NCBI GenBank assembly: GCA_964016885.1 | Contig: OZ024760.1 | Coordinates: 32,736,001-32,800,000 of the forward strand | Direction: 5' to 3' | Origin: Eledone cirrhosa | Lineage: Eukaryota | Length of the DNA: 64,000 bases | In this document: positions 14,001-28,000 of the stretch, one piece after another | Layout of the letters: each line of letters begins with the position of its first letter | Numbering within the stretch: the stretch's first letter is position 1 | Position numbers and translations under genes: made by a program | The notes under the pieces: generated by a model | Database searches by the model: none | What the model was told of the DNA's origin: nothing | The model's input: only the letters and a program-made list of their open reading frames with translations

Positions 14001-17000
14001 GTTGTGTAGGTTTCAAGTCAGAAATCACCCAGTCCACCCTGTACAGTGGTTGGGCAGGTCTCAAGACAGAAAGCACCCACTTCTCCCTGTACAGTGGTTG
14101 TGTAGGTCTCAAGACAGAAAGCACCCAGTACTCACTGTACAGTGGTTGTGCATGTCTCAAGTCAGAAATCACCCGGTCCACCCTGTACAGTGGTTGTGTA
14201 GGTCTCAAGTCAGAAAGCATCCAGTCCACCCTGTACAGTGGTTGTGTAGGTCTCAAGACAGAAAGCACCCAGTCCACCCTGTACAGTGGTTGTGTAGGTC
14301 TCAAGACAGAAAGAACCCAGTCTACACTGTACAGTGGTTGTGTAGGTCTCAAGACAGAAAGCACCCAGTCCACCCTGTACAGTGGTTTTGTAGGTCTCAA
14401 GACAGAAATTGCCCAGTCCACCCTGTACAGTGGTTGTGTAGGTCTCAAGACAGAAATCACCCAGTTCACCCTGTACAGTGGTTGTGTAGGTCTCAAGACA
14501 GAAAGCACCCAGTCCTCCCTGTACAGTGGTTGTGTAGGTCTCAAGACAGAAATCACCCAGTCCACCTTGTACAGTGGTTGTGTAGGTCTTAAGACAGAAA
14601 GCACCCAGTCCACCCTATACAGTGGTTGTGTAGGTCTCAAGACAGAAAGAACCCAGTCCACACTGTACAGTGGTTCTGTAGGTCTCAAGACAGAAAGCAC
14701 CCAGTCCACACTGTACAGTGGCTGTGTAGATCTCAAGACAGAAAGCACCCAGTCCAACCTGTACAGTGGTTGTGTAGGTCTCAAGACAGAAAGCACCCAG
14801 TCCACCCTGTACAGTGGTTGTGTAGCTCTCAAGACAGAAAGCATGCAGTCCACCATGTACATTAGTTGTGTAGCTCTCAAGACAGAAAGCACCCAGTCCA
14901 CTTTGTACAGTGGTTGTGTAGGTCTCAAGACAGAAAGTGCCCAGTCCACCCTTTACAGTGGTTGTGTAGGTCTCAAGACAGAAAGCACCCAGTCCACCCT
15001 GTACAGTGGTTGTGTAGGTCTCATGACAGAAATCACCCAGTCCACCATGTGCAGTGGTTGTGTAGGTCTCAAGACAGAAAGCACCCAGTCCACCCTGTAC
15101 AGTGGTTGTGTAGGTCTCAAGACAGAAATCACCCAGTCCACCATGTACAGTGGTTGTGTAGGTCTCAAGACAGAAAGCACCCAGTCCACACTGTACAGTG
15201 GTTGTGTAGGTCTCAAGACAGAAAGCACCCAGTCCAACCTGTACAGTGGTTGTGTAGGTCTCAAGACAGAAAGCACCCAGTCCACACTGTACAGTGGTTG
15301 TGTAGGTCTCAAGACAGAAAGCACCCAGTCCACACTGTACAGTGGTTGTGTAGGTCTCAAGACAGAAAGCACCCAGTCCAACCTGTACAGTGGTTGTGTA
15401 GGTCTCAAGACAGAAAGCACCCAGTCCACCCTGTACAGTGGTTGTGTAGGTCTCAAGACAGAAAGCACCCAGTCCACCCTGTACAGTGGTTGTGTAGGTC
15501 TCAAGACAGAAAGCACCCAGTCCAACCTGTACAGTGGTTGTGTAGGTCTCAAGACAGAAAGCACCCAGTCCACCCTGTACAGTGGTTGTGTAGGTCTCAA
15601 GACAGAAAGCACACAGTCCACCCTGTACAGTGGTTGTGTAGGTCTCAAGACAGAAAGCACCCAGTCCAACCTGTACAGTGGTTGTGTAGGTCTCAAGACA
15701 GAAAGCACCCAGTCCAACCTGTACAGTGGTTGTGTAGGTCTCAAGACAGAAAGCACCCAGTCCACACTGTACAGTGGTTGTGTAGGTCTCAAGACAGAAA
15801 GCACCCAGTCCAACCTGTACAGTGGTTGTGTAGGTCTCAAGACAGAAAGCACCCAGTCCAACCTGTACAGTGGTTGTGTAGGTCTCAAGACAGAAAGCAC
15901 CCAGTCCACCCTGTACAGTGGTTGTGTAGGTCTCAAGACAGAAAGCACCCAGTCCACCCTGTACAGTGGTTGTGTAGGTCTCAAGACAGAAATCACCCAG
16001 TCCACCATGTACAGTGGTTGTGTAGGTCTCAAGACAGAAAGCACCCAGTCCACCCTGTACAGTGGTTGTGTAGGTCTCAAGACAGAAAGCATGCAGTTCA
16101 CCATGTACATTGGTTGCGTAGGTCTCAAGACAGAAATCACCCAGTCCACCCTGTACAGTGGTTTTGTAGGTCTCAAGACAGAAAGTGCCCAATCCACCCT
16201 GTTCAGTGTTTGTGTAGGTCTCAAGACAGAAAGAACCCAGTCCTCCCTGTACAGTGGTTGTGTAGGTCTCAAGACAGAAATCACCCAGTCCACCCTGTAC
16301 AGTGGTTGTGTAGGTCTCAAGACAGAAAGCACCCAGTCCACCCTGTACAGTGGTTGCGTAGGCCTCAAGACAGAAAGCACCCAGTCCACACTGTACAGTG
16401 GTTGTGTAGGTCTCAAGACAGAAAGCACCCAGTCCACCCTGTACAGTGGTTGTGTAGGCCTCAAGACAGAAAGTGCCCAGTCCACCATGTACAGTGGTTG
16501 TGTAGGTCTCAAGACAGAAAGCACCCAGTCCACACTGTACAGTGGTTGTGTAGGTCTCAAGACAGAAAGCACCCAGTCCAACCTGTACAGTGGTTGTGTA
16601 GGTGTCAAGACAGAAATCACCCAGTCCACTGTGTACAGTGGTTGTGTAGGTCTCTAGACAGAAAGCACCCAGTCCATCCTGTACAGTGGTTCTGTAGGTC
16701 TCAAGACAGAAAGTGCCCAATCCACCCTGTTCAGTGTTTGTGTAGGTCTCAAGACAGAAAGCATACAGTCCACCATGTACATTGGTTGTGTAGGTCTCAA
16801 GACAGAAATCACCCAGTTCACCCTGTACAGTGGTTGTGTAGGTCTCAAGACAGAAATCACCTAGTCCACCCTGTACAGTGGTTGTGTAGGTCTCAAGACA
16901 GAAAGCACCCAGTCCACCCTGTACAGTGGTTGTGTAGCTCTCAAGACAGAAAGCATGCAGTCCACCATGTACATTAGTTGTGTAGCTCTCAAGACAGAAA

Positions 17001-19008
17001 GCACCCAGTCCACTTTGTACAGTGGTTGTGTAGGTCTCAAGACAGAAAGTGCCCAGTCCACCCTTTACAGTGGTTGTGTAGGTCTCAAGACAGAAAGCAC
17101 CCAGTCCACCCTGTACAGTGGTTGTGTAGGTCTCATGACAGAAAGTGCCCAGTCCACCCTGTACAGTGGTTGTGTAGGTCTCAAGACAGAAATCACCCAG
17201 TTCACCCTGTACAGTGGTTGTGTAGGTCTCAAGACAGAAAGCACCCAGTCCACCCTGTACAGTGGTTGTGTAGGTCTCAAGACAGAAATCACCCAGTCCA
17301 CCATGTACAGTGGTTGTGTAGGTCTCAAGACAGAAAGCACCCAGTCCACACTGTACAGTGGTTGTGTAGGTCTCAAGACAGAAAGCACCCAGTCCAACCT
17401 GTACAGTGGTTGTGTAGGTCTCAAGACAGAAAGCACCCAGTCCACACCGTACAGTGGTTGTGTAGGTCTCAAGACAGAAAGCACCCAGTCCACCATGTAC
17501 AGTGGTTGTGTAGGTCTCAAGACAGAAAGCACCCAGTCCACACTGTACAGTGGTTGTGTAGGTCTCAAGACAGAAAGCACCCAGTCCAACCTGTACAGTG
17601 GTTGTGTAGGTGTCAAGACAGAAATCACCCAGTCCACTGTGTACAGTGGTTGTGTAGGTCTCAAGACAGAAAGCACCCAGTCCATCCTGTACAGTGGTTC
17701 TGTAGGTCTCAAGACAGAAAGTGCCCAATCCACCCTGTTCAGTGTTTGTGTAGGTCTCAAGACAGAAAGCATACAGTCCACCATGTACATTGGTTGTGCA
17801 GGTCTCAAGACAGAAATCACTCAGTCCACCCTGTACAGTGGTTGTGTAGGTCTCAAGAGAGAAAGCACCCAGTTCTCCCTGTACAGTGGTTGTGTAGGTC
17901 TCAAGACAGAAAGCACCCAGTACTCACTGTACAGTGGTTGTGCAGGTCTCAAGTCAGAAATCACCCAGTCCACACTGTACAGTGGTTGTGTAGGTTTTAA
18001 GTCAGAAATCACCCAGTCCACCCTGTACAGTGGTTGGGCAGGTCTCAAGACAGAAAGCACCCACTTCTCCCTGTACAGTGGTTGTGTAGGTCTCAAGACA
18101 GAAAGCACCCAGTACTCACTGTACAGTGGTTGTGCATGTCTCAAGTCAGAAATCACCCGGTCCACCCTGTACAGTGGTTGTGTAGGTCTCAAGTCAGAAA
18201 GCATCCAGTCCACCCTGTACAGTGGTTGTGTAGGTCTCAAGACAGAAAGCACCCAGTCCACCCTGTACAGTGGTTGTGTAGGTCTCAAGACAGAAAGAAC
18301 CCAGTCCACACTGTACAGTGGTTGTGTAGGTCTCAAGACAGAAAGCACCCAGTCCACCCTGTACAGTGGTTTTGTAGGTCTCAAGACAGAAATTGCCCAG
18401 TCCACCCTGTACAGTGGTTGTGTAGGTCTCAAGACAGAAATCACCCAGTTCACCCTGTACAGTGGTTGTGTAGGTCTCAAGACAGAAAGCACCCAGTCCT
18501 CCCTGTACAGTGGTTGTGTAGGTCTCAAGACAGAAATCACCCAGTCCACCTTGTACAGTGGTTGTGTAGGTCTTAAGACAGAAAGCACCCAGTCCACCCT
18601 ATACAGTGGTTGTGTAGGTCTCAAGACAGAAAGAACCCAGTCCACACTGTACAGTGGTTCTGTAGGTCTCAAGACAGAAAGCACCCAGTCCACACTGTAC
18701 AGTGGCTGTGTAGATCTCAAGACAGAAAGCACCCAGTCCAACCTGTACAGTGGTTGTGTAGGTCTCAAGACAGAAAGCACCCAGTCCACCCTGTACAGTG
18801 GTTGTGTAGCTCTCAAGACAGAAAGCATGCAGTCCACCATGTACATTAGTTGTGTAGCTCTCAAGACAGAAAGCACCCAGTCCACTTTGTACAGTGGTTG
18901 TGTAGGTCTCAAGACAGAAAGTGCCCAGTCCACCCTTTACAGTGGTTGTGTAGGTCTCAAGACAGAAAGCACCCAGTCCACCCTGTACAGTGGTTGTGTA
19001 GGTCTCAT
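11041..19008 (+). repeat. Higher-order tandem duplication, period 3984 bp (83 monomers)
   Basis: The ATGTGCAG marker occurs at 11063 and 15047. ORF pairs 12670/16654, 12971/16955 and 14626/18610 are offset by 3984. The junction monomer is at 15021. Confidence 0.9.
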
Positions 19009-22000
19009 GACAGAAAGTGCCCAGTCCACCCTGTACAGTGGTTGTGTAGGTCTCAAGACAGAAATCACCCAGTTCACCCTGTACAGTGGTTGTGTAGGTC
19101 TCAAGACAGAAAGCACCCAGTCCACCCTGTACAGTGGTTGTGTAGGTCTCAAGACAGAAATCACCCAGTCCACCATGTACAGTGGTTGTGTAGGTCTCAA
19201 GACAGAAAGCACCCAGTCCACACTGTACAGTGGTTGTGTAGGTCTCAAGACAGAAAGCACCCAGTCCAACCTGTACAGTGGTTGTGTAGGTCTCAAGACA
19301 GAAAGCACCCAGTCCACACCGTACAGTGGTTATGTAGGTCTCAAGACAGAAAGCACCCAGTCCACCATGTACAGTGGTTGTGTAGGTCTCAAGACAGAAA
19401 GCACCCAGTCCACACTGTACAGTGGTTGTGTAGGTCTCAAGACAGAAAGCACCCAGTCCAACCTGTACAGTGGTTGTGTAGGTCTCAAGACAGAAAGTGC
19501 CCAATCCACCCTGTTCAGTGTTTGTGTAGGTCTCAAGACAGAAAGCATACAGTCCACCATGTACATTGGTTGTGTAGGTCTCAAGACAGAAATCACTCAG
19601 TCCACCCTGTACAGTGGTTGTGTAGGTCTCAAGAGAGAAAGCACCCAGTTCTCCCTGTACAGTGGTTGTGTAGGTCTCAAGACAGAAAGCACCCAGTACT
19701 CACTGTACAGTGGTTGTGCAGGTCTCAAGTCAGAAATCACCCAGTCCACCCTGTACAGTGGTTGTGTAGGTCTCAAGTCAGAAATCACCCAGTCCACCCT
19801 GTACAGTGGTTGTGCAGGTCTCAAGACAGAAAGCACCCACTTCTCCCTGTACAGTGGTTGTGTAGGTCTCAAGACAGAAAGCACCCAGTACTCACTGTAC
19901 AGTGGTTGTGCATGTCTCAAGTCAGAAATCACCCGGTCCACCCTGTACAGTGGTTGTGTAGGTCTCAAGTCAGAAAGCATCCAGTCCACCCTGTACAGTG
20001 GTTGTGTAGGTCTCAAGACAGAAAGCACCCAGTCCACCCTGTACAGTGGTTGTGTAGGTCTCAAGACAGAAAGAACCCAGTCCACCCTGTACAGTGGTTG
20101 TGTACGTCTCAAGCCAGAAAGTGCCCAATCCACCCTGTACAGTGGTTGTGTAGGTCTCAAGACGGAAATCACCCAGTCCAACCTGTACAGTGGTTGTGTA
20201 GGTCTCAAGACAGAAAGCCCCCAGTCCACCCTGTACCGTGGTTGTGTAGATCTCAAGTCAGAAATCACCCAGTCCACTTTGTACAGTGGTTGTGTAGGTC
20301 TCAAGACAGAAAGCACCCGGTCCACCCTGTACAGTGGCTGTGTAGGTCTCAAGACAGAAAGCATGCAGTCCACCATGTACATTGGTTGTGTAGGTCTCAA
20401 GACAGAAAGAACCCAGTCCACACTGAACAGTGGTTGTGTAGGTCTCAAGACAGAAAGCACCCAGTACTCACTGTACAGTGGTTGTGCATGTCTCAAGTCA
20501 GAAATCACCCAGTCCACCCTGTACAGTGGTTGTGTAGGTCTCAAGTCAGAAAGCACCCAGTCCACCCTGTACAGTGGTTGTGTAGGTCTCAAGACAGAAA
20601 GCACCCAGTCCACCCTGTACAGTGGTTGTGTAGGTCTCAAGACAGAAAGAACCCAGTCCACCCTGTAGAGTGGTTGTGTAGGTCTCAAGACAGAAAGCAC
20701 CCAGTCCACCCTGTACAGTGGTTGTGTAGGTCTCAAGACAGAAATCACCCAGTCCACCATGTACAGTGGTTGTGTAGGTCTCAAGACAGAAAGCACCCAG
20801 TCCACCCTGTACAGTGGTTGTGTAGGTCTCAAGACAGAAAGTGCCCAGTCCACCCTGTACAGTGGTTGTGTAGGTCTCAAGACAGAAAGCACCCAGTCCA
20901 CCCTGTACAGTGGTTGTGTAGGTCTCAAGACAGAAAGTGCCCAGTCCACCCTGTACAGTGGTTGTGTAGGTCTCAAGACAGAAAGCACCCAGTCCACCCT
21001 GTACAGTGGTTGTGTAGGTCTCAAGACAGAAATCACCCAGTCCACCATGTACAGTGGTTGTGTAGGTCTCAAGACAGAAAGCACCCAGTCCACACTGTAC
21101 AGTGGTTGTGTAGGTCTCAAGACAGAAAGCACCCAGTCCAACCTGTACAGTGGTTGTGTAGGTCTCAAGACAGAAAGTGCCCAGTCCACCCTGTACAGTG
21201 GTTGTGTAGGTCTCAAGACAGAAATCACCCAGTCCACCATGTACAGTGGTTGTGTAGGTCTCAAGACAGAAAGCACCCAGTCCACCCTGTACAGTGGTTG
21301 TGTAGGTCTCAAGACAGAAATCACCCAGTCCACCATGTACAGTGGTTGTGTAGGTCTCAAGACAGAAAGCACCCAGTCCACACTGTACAGTGGTTGTGTA
21401 GGTCTCAAGACAGAAAGCACCCAGTCCAACCTGTACAGTGGTTGTGTAGGTCTCAAGACAGAAAGCACCCAGTCCACACTGTACAGTGGTTGTGTAGGTC
21501 TCAAGACAGAAAGCACCCAGTCCACACTGTACAGTGGTTGTGTAGGTCTCAAGACAGAAAGCACCCAGTCCAACCTGTACAGTGGTTGTGTAGGTCTCAA
21601 GACAGAAAGCACCCAGTCCACCCTGTACAGTGGTTGTGTAGGTCTCAAGACAGAAAGCACCCAGTCCACCCTGTACAGTGGTTGTGTAGGTCTCAAGACA
21701 GAAAGCACCCAGTCCAACCTGTACAGTGGTTGTGTAGGTCTCAAGACAGAAAGCACCCAGTCCACCCTGTACAGTGGTTGTGTAGGTCTCAAGACAGAAA
21801 GCACACAGTCCACCCTGTACAGTGGTTGTGTAGGTCTCAAGACAGAAAGCACCCAGTCCAACCTGTACAGTGGTTGTGTAGGTCTCAAGACAGAAAGCAC
21901 CCAGTCCAACCTGTACAGTGGTTGTGTAGGTCTCAAGACAGAAAGCACCCAGTCCACACTGTACAGTGGTTGTGTAGGTCTCAAGACAGAAAGCACCCAG

Positions 22001-25000
22001 TCCAACCTGTACAGTGGTTGTGTAGGTCTCAAGACAGAAAGCACCCAGTCCAACCTGTACAGTGGTTGTGTAGGTCTCAAGACAGAAAGCACCCAGTCCA
22101 CCCTGTACAGTGGTTGTGTAGGTCTCAAGACAGAAAGCACCCAGTCCACCCTGTACAGTGGTTGTGTAGGTCTCAAGACAGAAATCACCCAGTCCACCAT
22201 GTACAGTGGTTGTGTAGGTCTCAAGACAGAAAGCACCCAGTCCACCCTGTACAGTGGTTGTGTAGGTCTCAAGACAGAAAGTGCCCAGTCCACCCTGTAC
22301 AGTGGTTGTGTAGGTCTCAAGACAGAAAGCACCCAGTCCAACCTGTACAGTGGTTGTGTAGGTCTCAAGACAGAAAGCACCCAGTCCAACCTGTACAGTG
22401 GTTGTGTAGGTCTCAAGACAGAAAGCACCCAGTCCACCCTGTACAGTGGTTGTGTAGGTCTCAAGACAGAAAGCACCCAGTCCAACCTGTACAGTGGTTG
22501 TGTAGGTCTCAAGACAGAAAGCACCCAGTCCAACCTGTTCAGTGTTTGTGTAGGTCTCAAGACAGAAAGCACCCAGTCCATCCTGTACAGTGGTTGTGTA
22601 GGTCTCAAGACAGAAATCACCCAGTCCACCCTGTACAGTGGTTGTGTAGATCTCAAGACAGAAAGCATGCAGTCCACCCTGTACAGTGGTTGTGTAGGTC
22701 TCAAGACAGAAAGCATGCAGTCCACCCTGTACATTGGTTGTGTAGGTCTCAAGACAGAAATCACCCAGTCCACTTTGTACAGTGGTTGTGTAGGTCTCAA
22801 GACAGAAAGCATGCAGTCCACCATGTACATTGGTTGTGTAGGTCTCAAGACAGAAAGCACCCAGTCCACACTGTACAGTGGTTGTGTAGGTCTCAAGACA
22901 GAAAGCACCCAGTCCAACCTGTACAGTGGTTGTGTAGGTCTCAAGACAGAAAGCACCCAGTCCACACTGTACAGTGGTTGTGTAGGTCTCAAGACAGAAA
23001 GCACCCAGTCCACACTGTACAGTGGTTGTGTAGGTCTCAAGACAGAAAGCACCCAGTCCAACCTGTACAGTGGTTGTGTAGGTCTCAAGACAGAAAGCAC
23101 CCAGTCCACCCTGTACAGTGGTTGTGTAGGTCTCAAGACAGAAAGCACCCAGTCCACCCTGTACAGTGGTTGTGTAGGTCTCAAGACAGAAAGCACCCAG
23201 TCCAACCTGTACAGTGGTTGTGTAGGTCTCAAGACAGAAAGCACCCAGTCCACCCTGTACAGTGGTTGTGTAGGTCTCAAGACAGAAAGCACACAGTCCA
23301 CCCTGTACAGTGGTTGTGTAGGTCTCAAGACAGAAAGCACCCAGTCCAACCTGTACAGTGGTTGTGTAGGTCTCAAGACAGAAAGCACCCAGTCCAACCT
23401 GTACAGTGGTTGTGTAGGTCTCAAGACAGAAAGCACCCAGTCCACACTGTACAGTGGTTGTGTAGGTCTCAAGACAGAAAGCACCCAGTCCAACCTGTAC
23501 AGTGGTTGTGTAGGTCTCAAGACAGAAAGCACCCAGTCCAACCTGTACAGTGGTTGTGTAGGTCTCAAGACAGAAAGCACCCAGTCCACCCTGTACAGTG
23601 GTTGTGTAGGTCTCAAGACAGAAAGCACCCAGTCCACCCTGTACAGTGGTTGTGTAGGTCTCAAGACAGAAATCACCCAGTCCACCATGTACAGTGGTTG
23701 TGTAGGTCTCAAGACAGAAAGCACCCAGTCCACCCTGTACAGTGGTTGTGTAGGTCTCAAGACAGAAAGCATGCAGTTCACCATGTACATTGGTTGCGTA
23801 GGTCTCAAGACAGAAATCACCCAGTCCACCCTGTACAGTGGTTTTGTAGGTCTCAAGACAGAAAGTGCCCAATCCACCCTGTTCAGTGTTTGTGTAGGTC
23901 TCAAGACAGAAAGAACCCAGTCCTCCCTGTACAGTGGTTGTGTAGGTCTCAAGACAGAAATCACCCAGTCCACCCTGTACAGTGGTTGTGTAGGTCTCAA
24001 GACAGAAAGCACCCAGTCCACCCTGTACAGTGGTTGCGTAGGCCTCAAGACAGAAAGCACCCAGTCCACACTGTACAGTGGTTGTGTAGGTCTCAAGACA
24101 GAAAGCACCCAGTCCACCCTGTACAGTGGTTGTGTAGGCCTCAAGACAGAAAGTGCCCAGTCCACCATGTACAGTGGTTGTGTAGGTCTCAAGACAGAAA
24201 GCACCCAGTCCACACTGTACAGTGGTTGTGTAGGTCTCAAGACAGAAAGCACCCAGTCCAACCTGTACAGTGGTTGTGTAGGTGTCAAGACAGAAATCAC
24301 CCAGTCCACTGTGTACAGTGGTTGTGTAGGTCTCTAGACAGAAAGCACCCAGTCCATCCTGTACAGTGGTTCTGTAGGTCTCAAGACAGAAAGTGCCCAA
24401 TCCACCCTGTTCAGTGTTTGTGTAGGTCTCAAGACAGAAAGCATACAGTCCACCATGTACATTGGTTGTGTAGGTCTCAAGACAGAAATCACCCAGTTCA
24501 CCCTGTACAGTGGTTGTGTAGGTCTCAAGACAGAAATCACCTAGTCCACCCTGTACAGTGGTTGTGTAGGTCTCAAGACAGAAAGCACCCAGTCCACCCT
24601 GTACAGTGGTTGTGTAGCTCTCAAGACAGAAAGCATGCAGTCCACCATGTACATTAGTTGTGTAGCTCTCAAGACAGAAAGCACCCAGTCCACTTTGTAC
24701 AGTGGTTGTGTAGGTCTCAAGACAGAAAGTGCCCAGTCCACCCTTTACAGTGGTTGTGTAGGTCTCAAGACAGAAAGCACCCAGTCCACCCTGTACAGTG
24801 GTTGTGTAGGTCTCATGACAGAAAGTGCCCAGTCCACCCTGTACAGTGGTTGTGTAGGTCTCAAGACAGAAATCACCCAGTTCACCCTGTACAGTGGTTG
24901 TGTAGGTCTCAAGACAGAAAGCACCCAGTCCACCCTGTACAGTGGTTGTGTAGGTCTCAAGACAGAAATCACCCAGTCCACCATGTACAGTGGTTGTGTA

Positions 25001-28000
25001 GGTCTCAAGACAGAAAGCACCCAGTCCACACTGTACAGTGGTTGTGTAGGTCTCAAGACAGAAAGCACCCAGTCCAACCTGTACAGTGGTTGTGTAGGTC
25101 TCAAGACAGAAAGCACCCAGTCCACACCGTACAGTGGTTGTGTAGGTCTCAAGACAGAAAGCACCCAGTCCACCATGTACAGTGGTTGTGTAGGTCTCAA
25201 GACAGAAAGCACCCAGTCCACACTGTACAGTGGTTGTGTAGGTCTCAAGACAGAAAGCACCCAGTCCAACCTGTACAGTGGTTGTGTAGGTGTCAAGACA
25301 GAAATCACCCAGTCCACTGTGTACAGTGGTTGTGTAGGTCTCAAGACAGAAAGCACCCAGTCCATCCTGTACAGTGGTTCTGTAGGTCTCAAGACAGAAA
25401 GTGCCCAATCCACCCTGTTCAGTGTTTGTGTAGGTCTCAAGACAGAAAGCATACAGTCCACCATGTACATTGGTTGTGCAGGTCTCAAGACAGAAATCAC
25501 TCAGTCCACCCTGTACAGTGGTTGTGTAGGTCTCAAGAGAGAAAGCACCCAGTTCTCCCTGTACAGTGGTTGTGTAGGTCTCAAGACAGAAAGCACCCAG
25601 TACTCACTGTACAGTGGTTGTGCAGGTCTCAAGTCAGAAATCACCCAGTCCACACTGTACAGTGGTTGTGTAGGTTTCAAGTCAGAAATCACCCAGTCCA
25701 CCCTGTACAGTGGTTGGGCAGGTCTCAAGACAGAAAGCACCCACTTCTCCCTGTACAGTGGTTGTGTAGGTCTCAAGACAGAAAGCACCCAGTACTCACT
25801 GTACAGTGGTTGTGCATGTCTCAAGTCAGAAATCACCCGGTCCACCCTGTACAGTGGTTGTGTAGGTCTCAAGTCAGAAAGCATCCAGTCCACCCTGTAC
25901 AGTGGTTGTGTAGGTCTCAAGACAGAAAGCACCCAGTCCACCCTGTACAGTGGTTGTGTAGGTCTCAAGACAGAAAGAACCCAGTCCACACTGTACAGTG
26001 GTTGTGTAGGTCTCAAGACAGAAAGCACCCAGTCCACCCTGTACAGTGGTTTTGTAGGTCTCAAGACAGAAATTGCCCAGTCCACCCTGTACAGTGGTTG
26101 TGTAGGTCTCAAGACAGAAATCACCCAGTTCACCCTGTACAGTGGTTGTGTAGGTCTCAAGACAGAAAGCACCCAGTCCTCCCTGTACAGTGGTTGTGTA
26201 GGTCTCAAGACAGAAATCACCCAGTCCACCTTGTACAGTGGTTGTGTAGGTCTTAAGACAGAAAGCACCCAGTCCACCCTATACAGTGGTTGTGTAGGTC
26301 TCAAGACAGAAAGAACCCAGTCCACACTGTACAGTGGTTCTGTAGGTCTCAAGACAGAAAGCACCCAGTCCACACTGTACAGTGGCTGTGTAGATCTCAA
26401 GACAGAAAGCACCCAGTCCAACCTGTACAGTGGTTGTGTAGGTCTCAAGACAGAAAGCACCCAGTCCACCCTGTACAGTGGTTGTGTAGCTCTCAAGACA
26501 GAAAGCATGCAGTCCACCATGTACATTAGTTGTGTAGCTCTCAAGACAGAAAGCACCCAGTCCACTTTGTACAGTGGTTGTGTAGGTCTCAAGACAGAAA
26601 GTGCCCAGTCCACCCTTTACAGTGGTTGTGTAGGTCTCAAGACAGAAAGCACCCAGTCCACCCTGTACAGTGGTTGTGTAGGTCTCATGACAGAAAGTGC
26701 CCAGTCCACCCTGTACAGTGGTTGTGTAGGTCTCAAGACAGAAATCACCCAGTTCACCCTGTACAGTGGTTGTGTAGGTCTCAAGACAGAAAGCACCCAG
26801 TCCACCCTGTACAGTGGTTGTGTAGGTCTCAAGACAGAAATCACCCAGTCCACCATGTACAGTGGTTGTGTAGGTCTCAAGACAGAAAGCACCCAGTCCA
26901 CACTGTACAGTGGTTGTGTAGGTCTCAAGACAGAAAGCACCCAGTCCAACCTGTACAGTGGTTGTGTAGGTCTCAAGACAGAAAGCACCCAGTCCACACC
27001 GTACAGTGGTTGTGTAGGTCTCAAGACAGAAAGCACCCAGTCCACCATGTACAGTGGTTGTGTAGGTCTCAAGACAGAAAGCACCCAGTCCACACTGTAC
27101 AGTGGTTGTGTAGGTCTCAAGACAGAAAGCACCCAGTCCAACCTGTACAGTGGTTGTGTAGGTCTCAAGACAGAAAGTGCCCAATCCACCCTGTTCAGTG
27201 TTTGTGTAGGTCTCAAGACAGAAAGCATACAGTCCACCATGTACATTGGTTGTGTAGGTCTCAAGACAGAAATCACTCAGTCCACCCTGTACAGTGGTTG
27301 TGTAGGTCTCAAGAGAGAAAGCACCCAGTTCTCCCTGTACAGTGGTTGTGTAGGTCTCAAGACAGAAAGCACCCAGTCTACCCTGTACGGTGGTTGTGTA
27401 GGTCTCAAGACAGAAAGAACCCAGTCCACACTGTACAGTGGTTGTGTAGGTCTCAAGACAGAAAGCACCCAGTACTCACTGTACAGTGGTTGTGCAGGTC
27501 TCAAGTCAGAAATCACCCAGTCCACCCTGTACAGTGGTTGTGTAGGTCTCAAGTCAGAAATCACCCAGTCCACCCTGTACAGTGGTTGTGCAGGTCTCAA
27601 GACAGAAAGCACCCACTTCTCCCTGTACAGTGGTTGTGTAGGTCTCAAGACAGAAAGCACCCAGTACTCACTGTACAGTGGTTGTGCATGTCTCAAGTCA
27701 GAAATCACCCGGTCCACCCTGTACAGTGGTTGTGTAGGTCTCAAGTCAGAAAGCATCCAGTCCACCCTGTACAGTGGTTGTGTAGGTCTCAAGACAGAAA
27801 GCACCCAGTCCACCCTGTACAGTGGTTGTGTAGGTCTCAAGACAGAAAGAACCCAGTCCACCCTGTACAGTGGTTGTGTACGTCTCAAGCCAGAAAGTGC
27901 CCAATCCACCCTGTACAGTGGTTGTGTAGGTCTCAAGACGGAAATCACCCAGTCCAACCTGTACAGTGGTTGTGTAGGTCTCAAGACAGAAAGCCCCCAG

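Noticed and set aside
18850-24657. Zinc-finger or metal-binding repeat protein (Cys/His-rich frame)
   Set aside because: There is one Cys per 16 aa with no C-x2-4-C...H-x3-5-H spacing or TGEKP linker. C2H2 arrays have an 84-bp period, not 48 bp.
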